Assembly (NCBI GenBank): GCA_964016885.1
Contig: OZ024740.1
Coordinates: 17,794,001-17,858,000 of the forward strand
DNA from: Eledone cirrhosa
Lineage: Eukaryota
Length of the DNA stretch: 64,000 bases
Direction of reading: 5' to 3'
Below the pieces are notes generated by a model. It was not told the origin of the DNA. It saw only the letters and a list, made by a program, of their open reading frames with translations, and ran no database searches. This document shows, in pieces, positions 13,501 through 24,934 of this stretch (its first letter is position 1; each line of letters begins with the position of its first letter). Made by a program: the position numbers and the translations under genes.

Positions 13501-13610
13501 GCCTGACAGACTAAAAGATAGACACTGATGTGTGTGTATATATATATTCCTGGAAGCTCCAACCGTTAAGGTTGTCTTTTTTTTTCCGGGTATGTCAATA
13601 TTTATTTATA

Positions 13611-13696
13611 AACCAAATCTGTATTTTATCTGATGAAAGCGCACCATAATTTACCTTGGTTGCCCTTGAAATATGTATAATAAAATAAATATGGTT
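13611..13696 (+). ncRNA. Type I hammerhead ribozyme-like motif
   Basis: tattttat-CTGATGA-aagcgcacc..ggttgccctt-GAAA-tatgta-TA-ataaaata; paralogue at 22869. Confidence 0.7.
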
Positions 13697-13810
13697 TTAT
13701 AAATATAGTTTCCATTTATTAATATATTGTGTATTTACTCCACTAGCTTGTTGAGTGCTTTATATCAGTTATAAAATGTTTAAGCTTGTTGAATCCCAAC
13801 AAATTAAATA

Positions 13811-13911
13811 TAACTGTTTCTACTTTTGGCACAAGGCCAGCAATTATCCCAGTGCATTACTGGTACTTTATTTTATCGACCCTGTAAGGATGAAAGGCAA
13901 AGTTAACCTCG
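13811..13911 (-). mobile_element. tRNA-derived SINE 3' half
   Basis: Matches the reverse complement of the SINE tail. Confidence 0.8.
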
Positions 13912-14035
13912 AACCTCTGCATATATATATATATATATATATAGGCAAGTTTATCCCGGGTTCAATCGGGGATAACCACAGTAAGTAAGGTACTCAATAC
14001 AAAGCAGAGTATAAATATTTAATTTTTGAAGCCTT

Positions 14036-14087
<52 letters not shown>

Positions 14088-14297
14088 GTAAAGTAGTATG
14101 TATATATATATACATACGCACATATATATATGTACGTATGGATTCGCCGAACATTTATTATAATGCTCGGTGTGTTTGTAAACAAACATCCCGTATTAAG
14201 CCGTAGTGTCCAGCAACCATCGTTGCTCGTTTGTTCAACACTGACAAAGGAACGCTATACTAGTTTCAAGCTTATTAGCGTCGGGGTCATACTTTTT

Positions 14298-14336
<39 letters not shown>

Positions 14337-14339
14337 TAC

Positions 14340-15240
14340 GTGGTCACTTCCCCTGCTACAAATTACAACCCCCAACAACCCTGATATCACACCCTGACCC
14401 CTTAAAAAAGGAAAGGACACAGATAAAGAATATAGTCCTAGATACTCTTAAACAGATGAAATGGACACGGCTGTAATATTTTTTTACCGTAGATCTGTTC
14501 GATGAAACAAGTGAAGTGGACCTCTATGTGGTCGTGTGTCATGCTGGAAATGACAGCCAAAAAGCAAACAAACCCATATTTAAAAAAGATAATATAGTTT
14601 TTAATGCACCATATCTAGAAATATAAGATGGTCGTGGCTGGAATGTCTTTAATCCTTCTGGTACCAATCCGACTAATACTGTCCCAGTTTTAAGATAAAA
14701 AAACTCCCCATTTTAAAATGTTCATACCTATATTAAAACCTTTCATCAGAATTTTATATAAAAACCTTTTGTTAATTAACATTCCAAATATCAGCTTAGC
14801 AAGGGAACATACGAGAGTAAGCTGATTATGAAGGAGTGATGCTAGAGCTGTGAAATCTTGCATGCATTAATTTCAACTCTTAATAATAGCTGCACTGTTT
14901 CTTTCCAAGGACTATGTTGAAAAATATACCTCGTTTGGTCATTCCATGAGAGTACCTTGGTCAGCCTATGAACTTTTCAGCCGACCCTTGTATTCAGACA
15001 TTTAAAACTGGTGGCTACAGCAAATATATACATTCGTTCACTAGTTTACATGAGCCTCTCTGATGAACAAATAAAAACTGAGAATTGTCGCCCTTGGCCT
15101 GCTAGAAATAGCAGTCAAATCTCCCTTAACACACCTTACGAAATTGATAAAAGAAATGACCTTATAGGTAAGGTAGTCTTAAAATGCACCGGCTGAAACT
15201 AGATGGGAAAGTCACAGTTGGAATGCTTTTGATCTATGGA
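14340..15240. repeat. Three degenerate copies of an unclassified ~150-bp interspersed repeat (about 14340-14490, 14528-14660, 15085-15240)
   Basis: Shared motifs ctgcta/ggaaat, tatagtcct/tt, agatgg...gctggaatg. Confidence 0.4.
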
Positions 15241-15392
15241 GCTAAAATAATAAAGCGTAGGAGGAAACTTCTACGTGGACTTGTTAGAAATAGCAACCAA
15301 AAGTAGTAGGAGATAAGGGTTTGTTTTTATTAGCAAGGTTTCGAGGAAGGTGTGATGCCCATACCTTCTACAGTTCCTCAGAGAGAGAGAGG

Positions 15393-15451
<59 letters not shown>

Positions 15452-15898
15452 TCAGACAGACAGAGAGAGAGAGAGAGAGAGAGGTGTCGTTGATGTTCCA
15501 AATAAATTATTGCCAGTTGACTTCTGTGGAAAATATATAAGGAAGGAATTCCAGATGGCCGCCGCCGCCGACGTTCTGTTCAGCAAGGGCTGGATAAAGT
15601 AGTTGGTGCATTGGGGTGTTAGACACAATATGGGTGATGAGGGGATCGAGGGCCTAAGTGGGGATGGCATGAGAAAAGCCCGCTCCGAGGAGCAGAGGCC
15701 ACTGTAGAAGAGATTGAGGAGACAGTGTGTAGGCGATAGATTAAGCTTCAATAGGGCCCCTGACTAGAAATTTAATCGCGGTCGTTGCGTATTATCTTAT
15801 AGTAGCAAAAATAAATAAATAATAATTTGGGACCCTTTAAATATAACGAGGTCCCTGGCAACAGACTAGTCAGTCGCTCCACCTCAATCTGTCACTAG

Positions 15899-16218
15899 TA
15901 GAGTTGGATTTAGACCTTGTGAGGGAGGGGGGGGGGCACTTCAGGTTTGGGGGGTGCCGCATACACAAAAAATTAGAATACACCCCCTCACCACCTCCAC
16001 CACAACCAATTTTACATATCAAAGGTAACTTGGTGTAAGTAATTGGAATTGAAAAGTTATACATACAGGTATTAAATTAAAACAATTCTAACCATCCTAA
16101 AACTAAAAAGCCCAACTGAGGACACAAATAAATTGCTACGGCCATTGCTAGTGCTTCCCCACCCACTGCAGGGGCCCTGGGGAAATTGCTCCCTTTGCCT
16201 CATTAAATCCAGCCCTGG
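15899..16218. mobile_element. Possible hAT-type MITE
   Basis: Right end taaatccagccctg (TIR CAGGGCTGGATTTA); degenerate left end tagagttggattta. Confidence 0.4.
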
Positions 16219-16244
16219 GTATGTTACCCGATTTTTCTTAACTA

Positions 16245-16513
16245 TTATTTTCACGCTCAGAGTTGCTGAAGCATGGAACAAACTGCCTGCGTCAGTTGTT
16301 AGCTGTCGAGACACTGCATCCTTTAAAACCCTCATGCTTCCCGAAATACGCCAAACCTACACCTGATGTACCCCTTCCATACACATGCACACATGTGTAT
16401 ATCATGACTCATGCACTGTTCATTTTCCTGACGTTTGTACATTACCCTATGTACTATACATACACTTTTTGATGAGTTGTAGTGCACCTGAGCACTATAC
16501 ACAATATTTCATT
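16245..16513 (+). mobile_element. CR1/L2-clade LINE 3' end fragment
   Basis: FTLRVAEAWNKLPASVVSCRDTASFK resembles the C-terminal RV..WN.LP motif of CR1/L2 ORF2; its 3' UTR recurs at 37877-38060 and partly at 22600-22640 (-). Confidence 0.7.
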
Positions 16514-16569
16514 AGTAATGCATTGGGTAATTGCTGGCCTTGTGCCAAAAGTAGAAACAATTATTATGA

Positions 16570-17810
16570 GGGCGGTGCATTGGCAGTATCGGTAGAGGGT
16601 CGGACACCATGCTAGGGTGGTGGATTGGCAGTATCGGTAGAGGGTCGGACACCATGCTAGGGTGGTGGATTGGCAGTATCGGTAGAGGGTCAGACGCCAT
16701 GCTAGGGCGGTGGATTGGCAGTATCGGTAGAGGGTCAGACGCCATGCTAGGGCGGTGGATTGGCAGTATCGGTAGAGGGTCGGACGCCATGCTAGGGTGG
16801 TGGATTGGCAGTATCGGTAGAGGGTCGGACGCCATGCTAGGGTGGTGGATTGGCAGTATCGGTAGAGGGTCGGACGCCATGCTAGGGTGGTGGATTGGCA
16901 GTATCGGTAGAGGGTCGGACGCCATGCTAGGGTGGTGGATTGGCAGTATCGGTAGAGGGTCGGACACCATGCTAGGGTGGTGGATTGGCAGTATCGGTAG
17001 AGGGTCTGACACCATGCTAGGGTGGTGGATTGGCAGTATCGGTAGAGGGTCGGACGCCATGCTAGGGTGGTGGATTGGCAGTATCGGTAGAGGGTCGGAC
17101 ACCATGCTAGGGTGGTGGATTGGCAGTATCGGTAGAGGGTCGGACGCCATGCTAGGGTGGTGGATTGGCAGTATCGGTAGAGGGTCGGACGCCATGCTAG
17201 GGTGGTGGATTGGCAGTATCGGTAGAGGGTCGGACGCCATGCTAGGGCGGTGGATTGGCAGTATCGGTAGAGGGTCGGACGCCATGCTAGGGTGGTGGAT
17301 TGGCAGTATCGGTAGAGGGTCAGACGCCATGCTAGGGTGGTGGATTGGCAGTATCGGTAGAGGGTCGGACGCCATGCTAGGGTGGTGGATTGGTAGTATC
17401 GGTAGAGGGTCGGACACCATGCTAGGGTGGTGGATTGGCAGTATCGGTAGAGGGTCGGACACCATGCTAGGGCGGTGGATTGGCAGTATCGGTAGAGGGT
17501 CGGACACCATGCTAGGGTGGTGGATTGGCAGTATCGGTAGAGGGTCGGACGCCATGGTAGGGCGGTGGATTGGCAGTATCGGTAGAGGGTCGGACGCCAT
17601 GCTAGGGCGGTGGATTGGCAGTATCGGTAGAGGGTCGGACGCCATGCTTTGAAGTATAGAGTTACCCCCCCCCCCCCCCCTTTATGATCTGACTTCAAAT
17701 CCCGCCGAGGTTAACTTTACCTTTCATCCTTACAGGGTCGATAAAATAAAGTACCAGTAATACACTGTGATAATTGCTGGCCTTGTGCCAAAAGTAGAAA
17801 TAATTATTAT
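16570..17810 (+). mobile_element. tRNA-derived SINE with its 45-bp head amplified about 24 times
   Basis: Unit agggtggtggattggcagtatcggtagagggtcggacgccatgct over 16570-17648, then SINE body and tail; tail of another SINE directly upstream (16514-16565). Confidence 0.9.
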
Positions 17811-18072
17811 CATTATTATTAATATTATAGTGAGCAACTATCATTAACGTAATTTGCATTGGGACGCACCTATTTAAAAGTTATTGTTTATGGAAAAAAT
17901 ATACTGGTTGTGGGTTCAATTTCTTGGGTAAGGCTCTTTATTTCCCGTTGCCCCAGATCACTGAGTCGAGATAGAGTAGCTACTGTGGTTGGAGGTCTTT
18001 AACATGCTGTATCTCTCACTCAATACCTATCACACCGTCATTATACATAGATCAAGCCTTATCCAGCAGACC

Positions 18073-18917
18073 TGTGACTCTATATGAAGGTCTCCAAGAT
18101 AGGAGGGAGGGAGGGAAGATGTTGTGACTCTATATGAAGGTCTCCAAGATAGGAGGGAGGGAGGGAAGATGTTGTGACTCTATATGAAGGTCTCCAAGAT
18201 AGGAGGGAGGGAGGGAGAATGTTGTGACTCTATATGAAGGTCTCCAAGATAGGAGGGAGGGAGGGAAGATGCTGTGACTCTATATGAAGGTCTCCAAGAT
18301 AGGAGGGAGGGAGGGAAGATGTTGTGACTCTATATGAAGGTCTCCAAGATAGGAGGGAGGGAGGGAAGATGCTGTGACTCTATATGAAGGTCTCCAAGAT
18401 AGGAGGGAGGGAGGGAGAATGTTGTGACTCTATATGAAGGTCTCCAAGATAGGAGGGAGGGAGGGAAGATGTTGTGACTCTATATGAAGGTCTCCAAGAT
18501 AGGAGGGAGGGAGGGAGAATGTTGTGACTCTATATGAAGGTCTCCGAGATAGGAGGGAGGGAGGGAAGATGTTGTGACTCTATATGAAGGTCTCCAAGAT
18601 AGGAGGGAGGGAGGGAAGATGCTGTGACTCTATATGAAGGTCTCCAAGATAGGAGGGAGGGAGGGAAGATGTTGTGACTCTATATGAAGGTCTCCAAGAT
18701 AGGAGGGAGGGAGGGAAGATGCTGTGACTCTATATGAAGGTCTCCAAGATAGGAGGGAGGGAGGGAAGATGTTGTGACTCTATATGAAGGTCTCCAAGAT
18801 AGGAGGGAGGGAGGGAAGATGCTGTGACTCTATATGAAGGTCTCCAAGATAGGAGGGAGGGAGGGAGAATGTTGTGACTCTATATGAAGGTCTCCAAGAT
18901 AGGAGGGAGGGAAGATG
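18073..18917. repeat. 50-bp minisatellite, about 17 copies
   Basis: gttgtgactctatatgaaggtctccaagataggagggagggagggaagat, near-identical copies. Confidence 0.95.
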
Positions 18918-19011
18918 TCATTCTCACACGAGTCCTATCTTGAATAATTGCAACAGAAGGGACTCTATTTAAAGTAGCCAAGCACAACGAGGTGGTATTA
19001 TATCAAGTGAG

Positions 19012-19270
19012 AGGGTGGTGGAATGGCAGTATCGGTAGAGGGTCGGACGCCATGCTTTGATGCATTGAGTTACGGTCCTTGCCATTCTGAGTTCAAATCC
19101 CGCCAAGGTTAACTTTGCCTTTCATCCTTACAGGGTAATAAGTACCAGTAATCATCATCATCATCATTTCATTTTACGTCCACTTTTCCCTGCTTGCAAG
19201 GGTGGGACGGGAACTGATTCTGGCTAATGTACTGGGTAAATGCTGGCCTTGTGCCAAAAGTAGAAAATTA
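19012..19270 (+). mobile_element. tRNA-derived SINE with TSD, interrupted by an RTE-type 3' tail fragment (about 19152-19223, minus strand)
   Basis: TSD attatatcaagtgagagg at 18997-19014 and 19267-19284; (CAT)n-ttttacgtccac insert. Confidence 0.85.
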
Positions 19271-19280
19271 TATCAAGTGA

Positions 19281-19400
19281 GAGGCTTCTATAAAGTTTCT
19301 GTCCACCAAACTTGACACTACTTTGGTTGACGCGAGGCTGTGGTAGAAGATACTTAACGAAGGTGCCATACACGAAAACACTATGTAGTTATCAATGGAG
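19281..19400 (-). mobile_element. Degenerate fragment of a second SINE-like family
   Basis: ggcttct..agttt.tgtc.accaaa..t.acac shared with 38408-38490 and, inverted, with 38100-38140. Confidence 0.5.
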
Positions 19401-19708
19401 ACTTCTCGTGTCGTTGGCCCTAGGACCACCTCCCCAACCCACAGGTGTGAGCCTCGCCAGCTGGAATGGGTCTTCCAACACGTCTCCCTCACTACCATCT
19501 GGGGAAACGCTATACTGTCTGTCGGGACCCCGGCGCTGCCAGCGTGTGGGCCCCCATTTGCATATAATAGTGAGAGATGGGGAGAGCAAGAGAGACGGAG
19601 GCAGTGAGTGAAAGAGAGAGAGAGGGAGAGACAGAGCCAGAGAGAGAGACAGAGAGAGAGAGAGAGGCAGTGAAAGAGAGAGAGAACATCAACACACTTG
19701 ATAAAGAT

Positions 19709-21273
19709 AATTGTTTCTACTTTCGGCACAAGGCCAGCAAATACCCAGTGCATTACTGGTACTTTATTTTATCGACCCCGTAAGGGTGAAAGGCAAAGTC
19801 AACCTCGGCGCGATTTGAACTCAGATCATAAAGGGAGGTAACTATGCTGGAAAGCATGGCGTCCGACCCTCTACCGATACTGCCAATCCACCACCCTAAC
19901 ATGGTGTCAGACCCTCTACCGATACTGCCAATCCACCACCCTAGCATGGCGTCCGACCCTCTACCCAATACTGCCAATCCACCACCCTAGCATGGCGTCC
20001 GACCCTCCACCCAATACTGCCAATCCACCGCCCTAGCATGGCGTCCGACTCTCTACCGATACTGCCAATCCACCACCCTAGCATGGCGTCCGACTCTCTA
20101 CCCAATACTGCCAATCCACCACCCTAACATGGCGTCCGACTCTCTACCCAATACTGCCAATCCACCGCCCTAGCATGGCGTCCGACTCTCTACCCAATAC
20201 TGCCAATCCACCACCCTAGCATGGCGTCCGACTCTCTACCCAATACTGCCAATCCACCACCCTAGCATGGCGTCCGACCCTCTACCCAATACTGCCAATC
20301 CACCACCCTAGCATGGCGTCCGACCCTCCACCCAATACTGCCAATCCACCGCCCTAGCATGGCGTCCGACTCTCTACCTATACTGCCAATCCACCACCCT
20401 AGCATGGCGTCCGACTCTCTACCCAATACTGCCAATCCACCACCCTAGCATGGCGTCCGACTCTCTACCCAATACTGCCAATCCACCGCCCTAGCATGGC
20501 GTCCGACTCTCTACCCAATACTGCCAATCCACCGCCCTAGCATGGCGTCCGACTCTCTACCCAATACTGCCAATCCACCGCCCTAGCATGGCGTCCGACT
20601 CTCTACCCAATACTGCCAATCCACCGCCCTAGCATGGCGTCCGACTCTCTACCCAATACTGATAATCCACCGCCCTAGCATGGCGTCCGACTCTCTACCC
20701 AATACTGCCAATCCACCGCCCTAGCATGGCGTCCGACTCTCTACCCAATACTGCCAATCCACCGCCCTAGCATGGCGTCCGACTCTCTACCCAATACTGC
20801 CAATCCACCGCCCTAGCATGGCGTCCGACTCTCTACCCAATACTGCCAATCCACCACCCTAGCATGGCGTCCGACTCTCTACCCAATACTGCCAATCCAC
20901 CACCCTAGCATGGCGTCCGACTCTCTACCCAATACTGCCAATCCACCACCCTAGCATGGCGTCCGACTCTCTACCCAATACTGCCAATCCACCACCCTAG
21001 CATGGCGTCCGACCCTCTACCCAATACTGCAAATCCACCACCCTAGCATGGCGTCCGACCCTCCACCCAATACTGCAAATCCACCACCCTAGCATGGCGT
21101 CCGACTCTCTACCCGATACTGCCAATCCACCACCCTAGCATGGCGTCCGACTCTCTACCCGATACTGCAAATCCACCACCCTAGCATGGCGTCCGACTCT
21201 CTACCCAATACTGCCAATCCACCACCCTAGCATGGCGTCCGACCCTCCACCCAATACTGCCAATCCACCGCCC
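19709..21273 (-). mobile_element. tRNA-derived SINE with its 45-bp head amplified about 31 times
   Basis: Body 19709-19854 and array 19855-21273; 15-bp TSD cttgataaagataat at 19697-19711 and 21273-21287. Confidence 0.92.
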
Positions 21274-21774
21274 TTGATAAAGATAATGGTAGATGTTATT
21301 TTGAGGTGGAGATTCTGACGACACAGAAACACACACTCACCTACACACACACGCCTAACCATCCACCAACCCACACACACACACATCCACCTAGAGGTAC
21401 ACTATCTAATGTGTCGTTTCTGTAGGGTGTGTCATTTGTGTAAGGTTTAATTAAACATTCTTAGTATGGTCCTTACAAATATGCCCGTCATTAAATCCGT
21501 AGCCACCACCGCCACCCTCACATCAATACGTAACACTTCACGCTGTGTTAAGGATGCTGTTGTTAGAATTGTTGTAGTTGTTGGTATTATTGTTGTTGTT
21601 ATGGCTAGTATTTCGGGTTTTCTAGTGGCGGTTGTGGTGGTAGTGGTGGTAGTGGTGGGTGGAGTCTCAATTTGAGTCAGTCATTCAACGAGAGAGAGAG
21701 AGAGAGAGAGAGAGTTTGGGCGAGGAGAGGAAGAAGGGGAGGAAACTCACAAGTTGACAATGTAGTTGGTAGAG

Positions 21775-22262
21775 AAAATGGTGTTGTTGGTGGTGGGGAT
21801 AGTGGTGGTAATGGTGGTGATGGTGGTATTGTTGTTGGTGGTGGGGATGGGGGTGGTAATGGTGGTGATGGTGGTATTGTTGTTGGTGGTGGGGATGGGG
21901 GTGGTAATGGTGGTGATGGTGGTATTGTTGTTGGTGGTGGGGATGGTGGTATTGTTGTTGGTGGTGGGGATGGGGGTGGTGGGGATAGTGGTGGTAATGG
22001 TGTTGGTGGTAATGGTTGTAGGGGTGATTGGTGAAGGTGGTGGCGGTGGTGGTAGGGGTGATTGGTGAAGGTGGTGGCGGTGGTGGTAGGGGTGATTGGT
22101 GAAGGTGGTGGCGGTGGTGGTGGTAGGGGTGATCGGTGAAGGTGGTGGTGGTAGGGGTGATTGGTGAAGGTGGTGGCGGTGGTGGTGGTAGGGGTGATCG
22201 GTGAAGGTGGTGGCGGTGGTGGTGGTAGGGGTGATCGGTGAAGGTGGTGGCGGTGGCGGTAG
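21775..22262. repeat. G-rich (GGT)n-based minisatellites
   Basis: Repeats of ggtggtgatggtggtattgttgttggtggtggggat and gtaggggtgattggtgaaggtggtggcggtggtg. Confidence 0.85.
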
Positions 22263-22414
22263 CAATGCGGTCAAGAAATGTACATTAGATGTCGAATGAA
22301 ATTTCAGGAATTTTGACCCAATTTTGACTTCACCTACAACAGCAGCGACACCTACAATAACAATATCTACAACAACAACGACATCTACTGTAACAAGAAA
22401 AACGACACCTATAA

Positions 22415-22596
22415 TAACTGTTTCTACGTTAGGCACAAGGCCAGCAAATACCCAGTGTATTACTGGTACTTTATTTTATCGACCCCGTAAGGATGAAAGG
22501 CAAAGTTAACCTCGGCGGGATTTGAACTCAGAATGAAAAGGGCCGTGACTCTATGCGTCAACGCATGGCGTCCGACCCTCTATCAATACTGCCAAT
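22415..22596 (-). mobile_element. tRNA-derived SINE copy
   Basis: Reverse complement of the family, near full length. Confidence 0.85.
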
Positions 22597-22868
22597 AATA
22601 ATGAAATTATTATGTACAGTGCTCAGGTGCACTACAATGATGAAATGTACCATGTAAAATGGTTGGTATTATAAAGGGCATCCAGCTGTAACAAGAATAG
22701 GATGTTCGAACGAGACTTGGTTCTCCGATCTACCCAAACATATATATATATATTTCAGTTTTAACGTTATCCTCATTAGCATATTTATCCTGAGTTTTGA
22801 AAATTTATTCACTATCTTCAATGAACTTATTTATAACAAAGTTCATATGAAGATATGTCACTATCTTT

Positions 22869-22951
22869 AAACCAAATATTGTATTTTATCTGACGAAAGC
22901 GTACTAAAATATTGGTACCCTTGAAATATGTATAATAAAATAAATATGGTT
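22869..22951 (+). ncRNA. Type I hammerhead ribozyme-like motif
   Basis: tattttat-CTGACGA-aagcgtact..ggtaccctt-GAAA-tatgta-TA-ataaaata. Confidence 0.7.
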
Positions 22952-23394
22952 TTATAAAGATATTTTACATTTATTAATATTACTAGCAGAAAAACCACCC
23001 TTCGGGTGTTTTTCTGCTAGCATGTGTGGTGTGTATATTGATATTATACACAGGTATATATACATGTAGATATGATACATCAAATAAAATCGTAATTGAC
23101 AATATATAATACACAGAGATTGACCGAAGACTGCGTTACACCATCTTATGTAATCAGTAACGTAATCCATGATACATTAAAAAAGACGATATTATGTATA
23201 AACTGCATTAGGAGAAAATTAGTGACAGAAAATTAGTATGTTTATTTAAGCGATGGCCAACCGGAAGTGTTGACATTTCAGAAATTTTAAAGAAGTGAAT
23301 CTTTAAATAAACAAAATATATTTAATCAACAGCGACGAAATTTAGTAATATTCATAAATTATGTAATATTCATTCATTATTTATTCAAAGTAAT

Positions 23395-23585
23395 AGGGCG
23401 GTGGATTGGCAGTATCGGTAGAGGGTCGGACGCCATGCTTTCCAGCATAGTTACGTCCCTTTATGATCTGAGTTCAAATGCCGCCGAGGTTGACTTTGCC
23501 TTTCATCCTTACGGGGTCGATAAAATAAAGTACCAGTAATGCACTGGGTAATTGCTGGCCTTGTGCCTAAAGTAGAAACAATTAT
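23395..23585 (+). mobile_element. Full-length monomeric tRNA-derived SINE
   Basis: A-box TGGCAGTATCGG, B-box GAGTTCAAATGCC; 19-bp TSD attatttattcaaagtaat at 23376-23394 and 23581-23599. Confidence 0.92.
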
Positions 23586-23801
23586 TTATTCAAAGTAATC
23601 CAACTTATTTTACTAATGGGATAAAACATTATAAACCGTACGCAGTCCCGCGCTCCTTACTTTATTATAGTTTAGATTGATATTAATTATACTCCGGCAA
23701 ACTTGTTATAAATTAAATTTGTTGAATAATCAACAAAACAAATAACCTAGAGAGAGAGAGTGTGTGTGTTGTTGTGTGTGTGTGTTGTTGTGTGTTGTGT
23801 G

Positions 23802-23851
<50 letters not shown>

Positions 23852-23929
23852 TTGGCGGTTGTGAGAAGAGTACACAATACCGAAGTAATCTTGTAATGAG
23901 GCTTGCAGAATGGTGAGTCCGACATTCTG

Positions 23930-24230
23930 GACGCTGTTGCCTTGTAGAAGTCCCAAATCGAAGCTGTGACACTCTCGTTTAGCAAGGGTTTTGCCAGGCA
24001 CCCGCATCATCTCCGGTGATTGGGCTTCCTATTCGGAAATTGAGGATATTGAAGGTGGGATTTACGTTCATGATGTTGTGGTGCACGAACGGAACTTTGT
24101 AGATACTGCGGACCCTGATGTGCACACACAGCTCATAGAGAACACATGGAGCCGTTCAAAGAAGAATCTTCGTCGCCAGCATATTTCGTTTAAACACACA
24201 CACAAAATGTAAACACAACGTTCGAAAATG
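23930..24230 (+). mobile_element. Merlin (IS1595/ISXO2-like) DDE transposase fragment
   Basis: PGTRIISGDWASY...HDVVVHERNFVD....VHTQLIENTWSRSK matches the Merlin motifs PGT.I.SD.W..Y, H..V.H..NFVD and HTQ.IE..W. Confidence 0.8.
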
Positions 24231-24789
24231 GAAATAAATTTACTTTCATTATTGGGACCGCTAAAAGTCATGTATGCCTATATATATATATATATATATA
24301 TATATTGTGGGTGTGCAGTGGTCGGAAGCTGTGGAGTGCTCGACCGGAAGAGTGCTTGACCGGAAGGGTGCTTGGCCAGAAGGGTGCTCGACCGGAAGGG
24401 CCAGCAGATCGGTCTCTCTCTCGTGGTGACCAGGAACGGTGTGGACGCGAGTTTGGCAGCTGCTCCCGGTGTTAATGAGTTGGACGCACGTGAAAGAGGA
24501 GAAACCAGCCATGGGATTTAGCGGCGCCTATGAAATGCGGTAAGTGAGATAGCTTTTTCTAACCACACATATATATATCCTTGCACCAACCACGAGATAC
24601 CACATCAACGATGGATGATTTGCATATTGTTGAGTGCTTTAACTTATTACATCATGATTTGCTAATCGGAATAACCAGACCTACCCAATGGCAAAACACA
24701 CAACATAAATGGTATATATATGTGAGAGAGAGAGTCCCGGGTTCAATCGGGGGTAACAACAGTAAGGAAAGTACTCAATAGTAGAGTGT

Positions 24790-24892
24790 ATACAACAAAT
24801 TTAATATAGAAATGACCTGTACAGGACTAGAACTGTTTCGTTCGAATGAAGCAGTTCTGGTTTTGTAGAAATTATTTCTATATTAAATCTGT

Positions 24893-24897
<5 letters not shown>
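24790..24897. repeat. Fold-back inverted repeat, same family as the hammerhead at 35550
   Basis: Palindromic about 24843; the minus strand reads gaaacagttctagtcctgta. Confidence 0.7.
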
Positions 24898-24930
<33 letters not shown>

Positions 24931-24934
24931 AAAA

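Larger units (their letters stand above)
8689..13502 (-). mobile_element. Tx1/L1-clade non-LTR retrotransposon, 5'-truncated within ORF1, with 18-bp TSD
   Basis: ORF1 with CCHC knuckle plus APE-RT-zf ORF2; AATAAA at the 3' end; exact TSD ctgacagactaaaagata at 8671-8688 and 13503-13520. Confidence 0.92.

Noticed and set aside
14252-14283. Hammerhead remnant acgcta...GAAActagTAtagcgt (-)
   Set aside because: The CUGANGA core is absent; at best a decayed copy, so it was not called
15050-15385. Additional hammerheads at CTGATGA 15060 (+) and CTGAGGA 15375 (-)
   Set aside because: Stems I and III cannot be formed, or GAAA is missing
16454-17698. 350-410-aa repeat-protein ORFs
   Set aside because: Translations of the 45-bp SINE-head array, open because the unit is a multiple of 3
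23395-23490. tRNA gene
   Set aside because: A and B boxes are present, but there is no cloverleaf, and it is embedded in a TSD-flanked SINE
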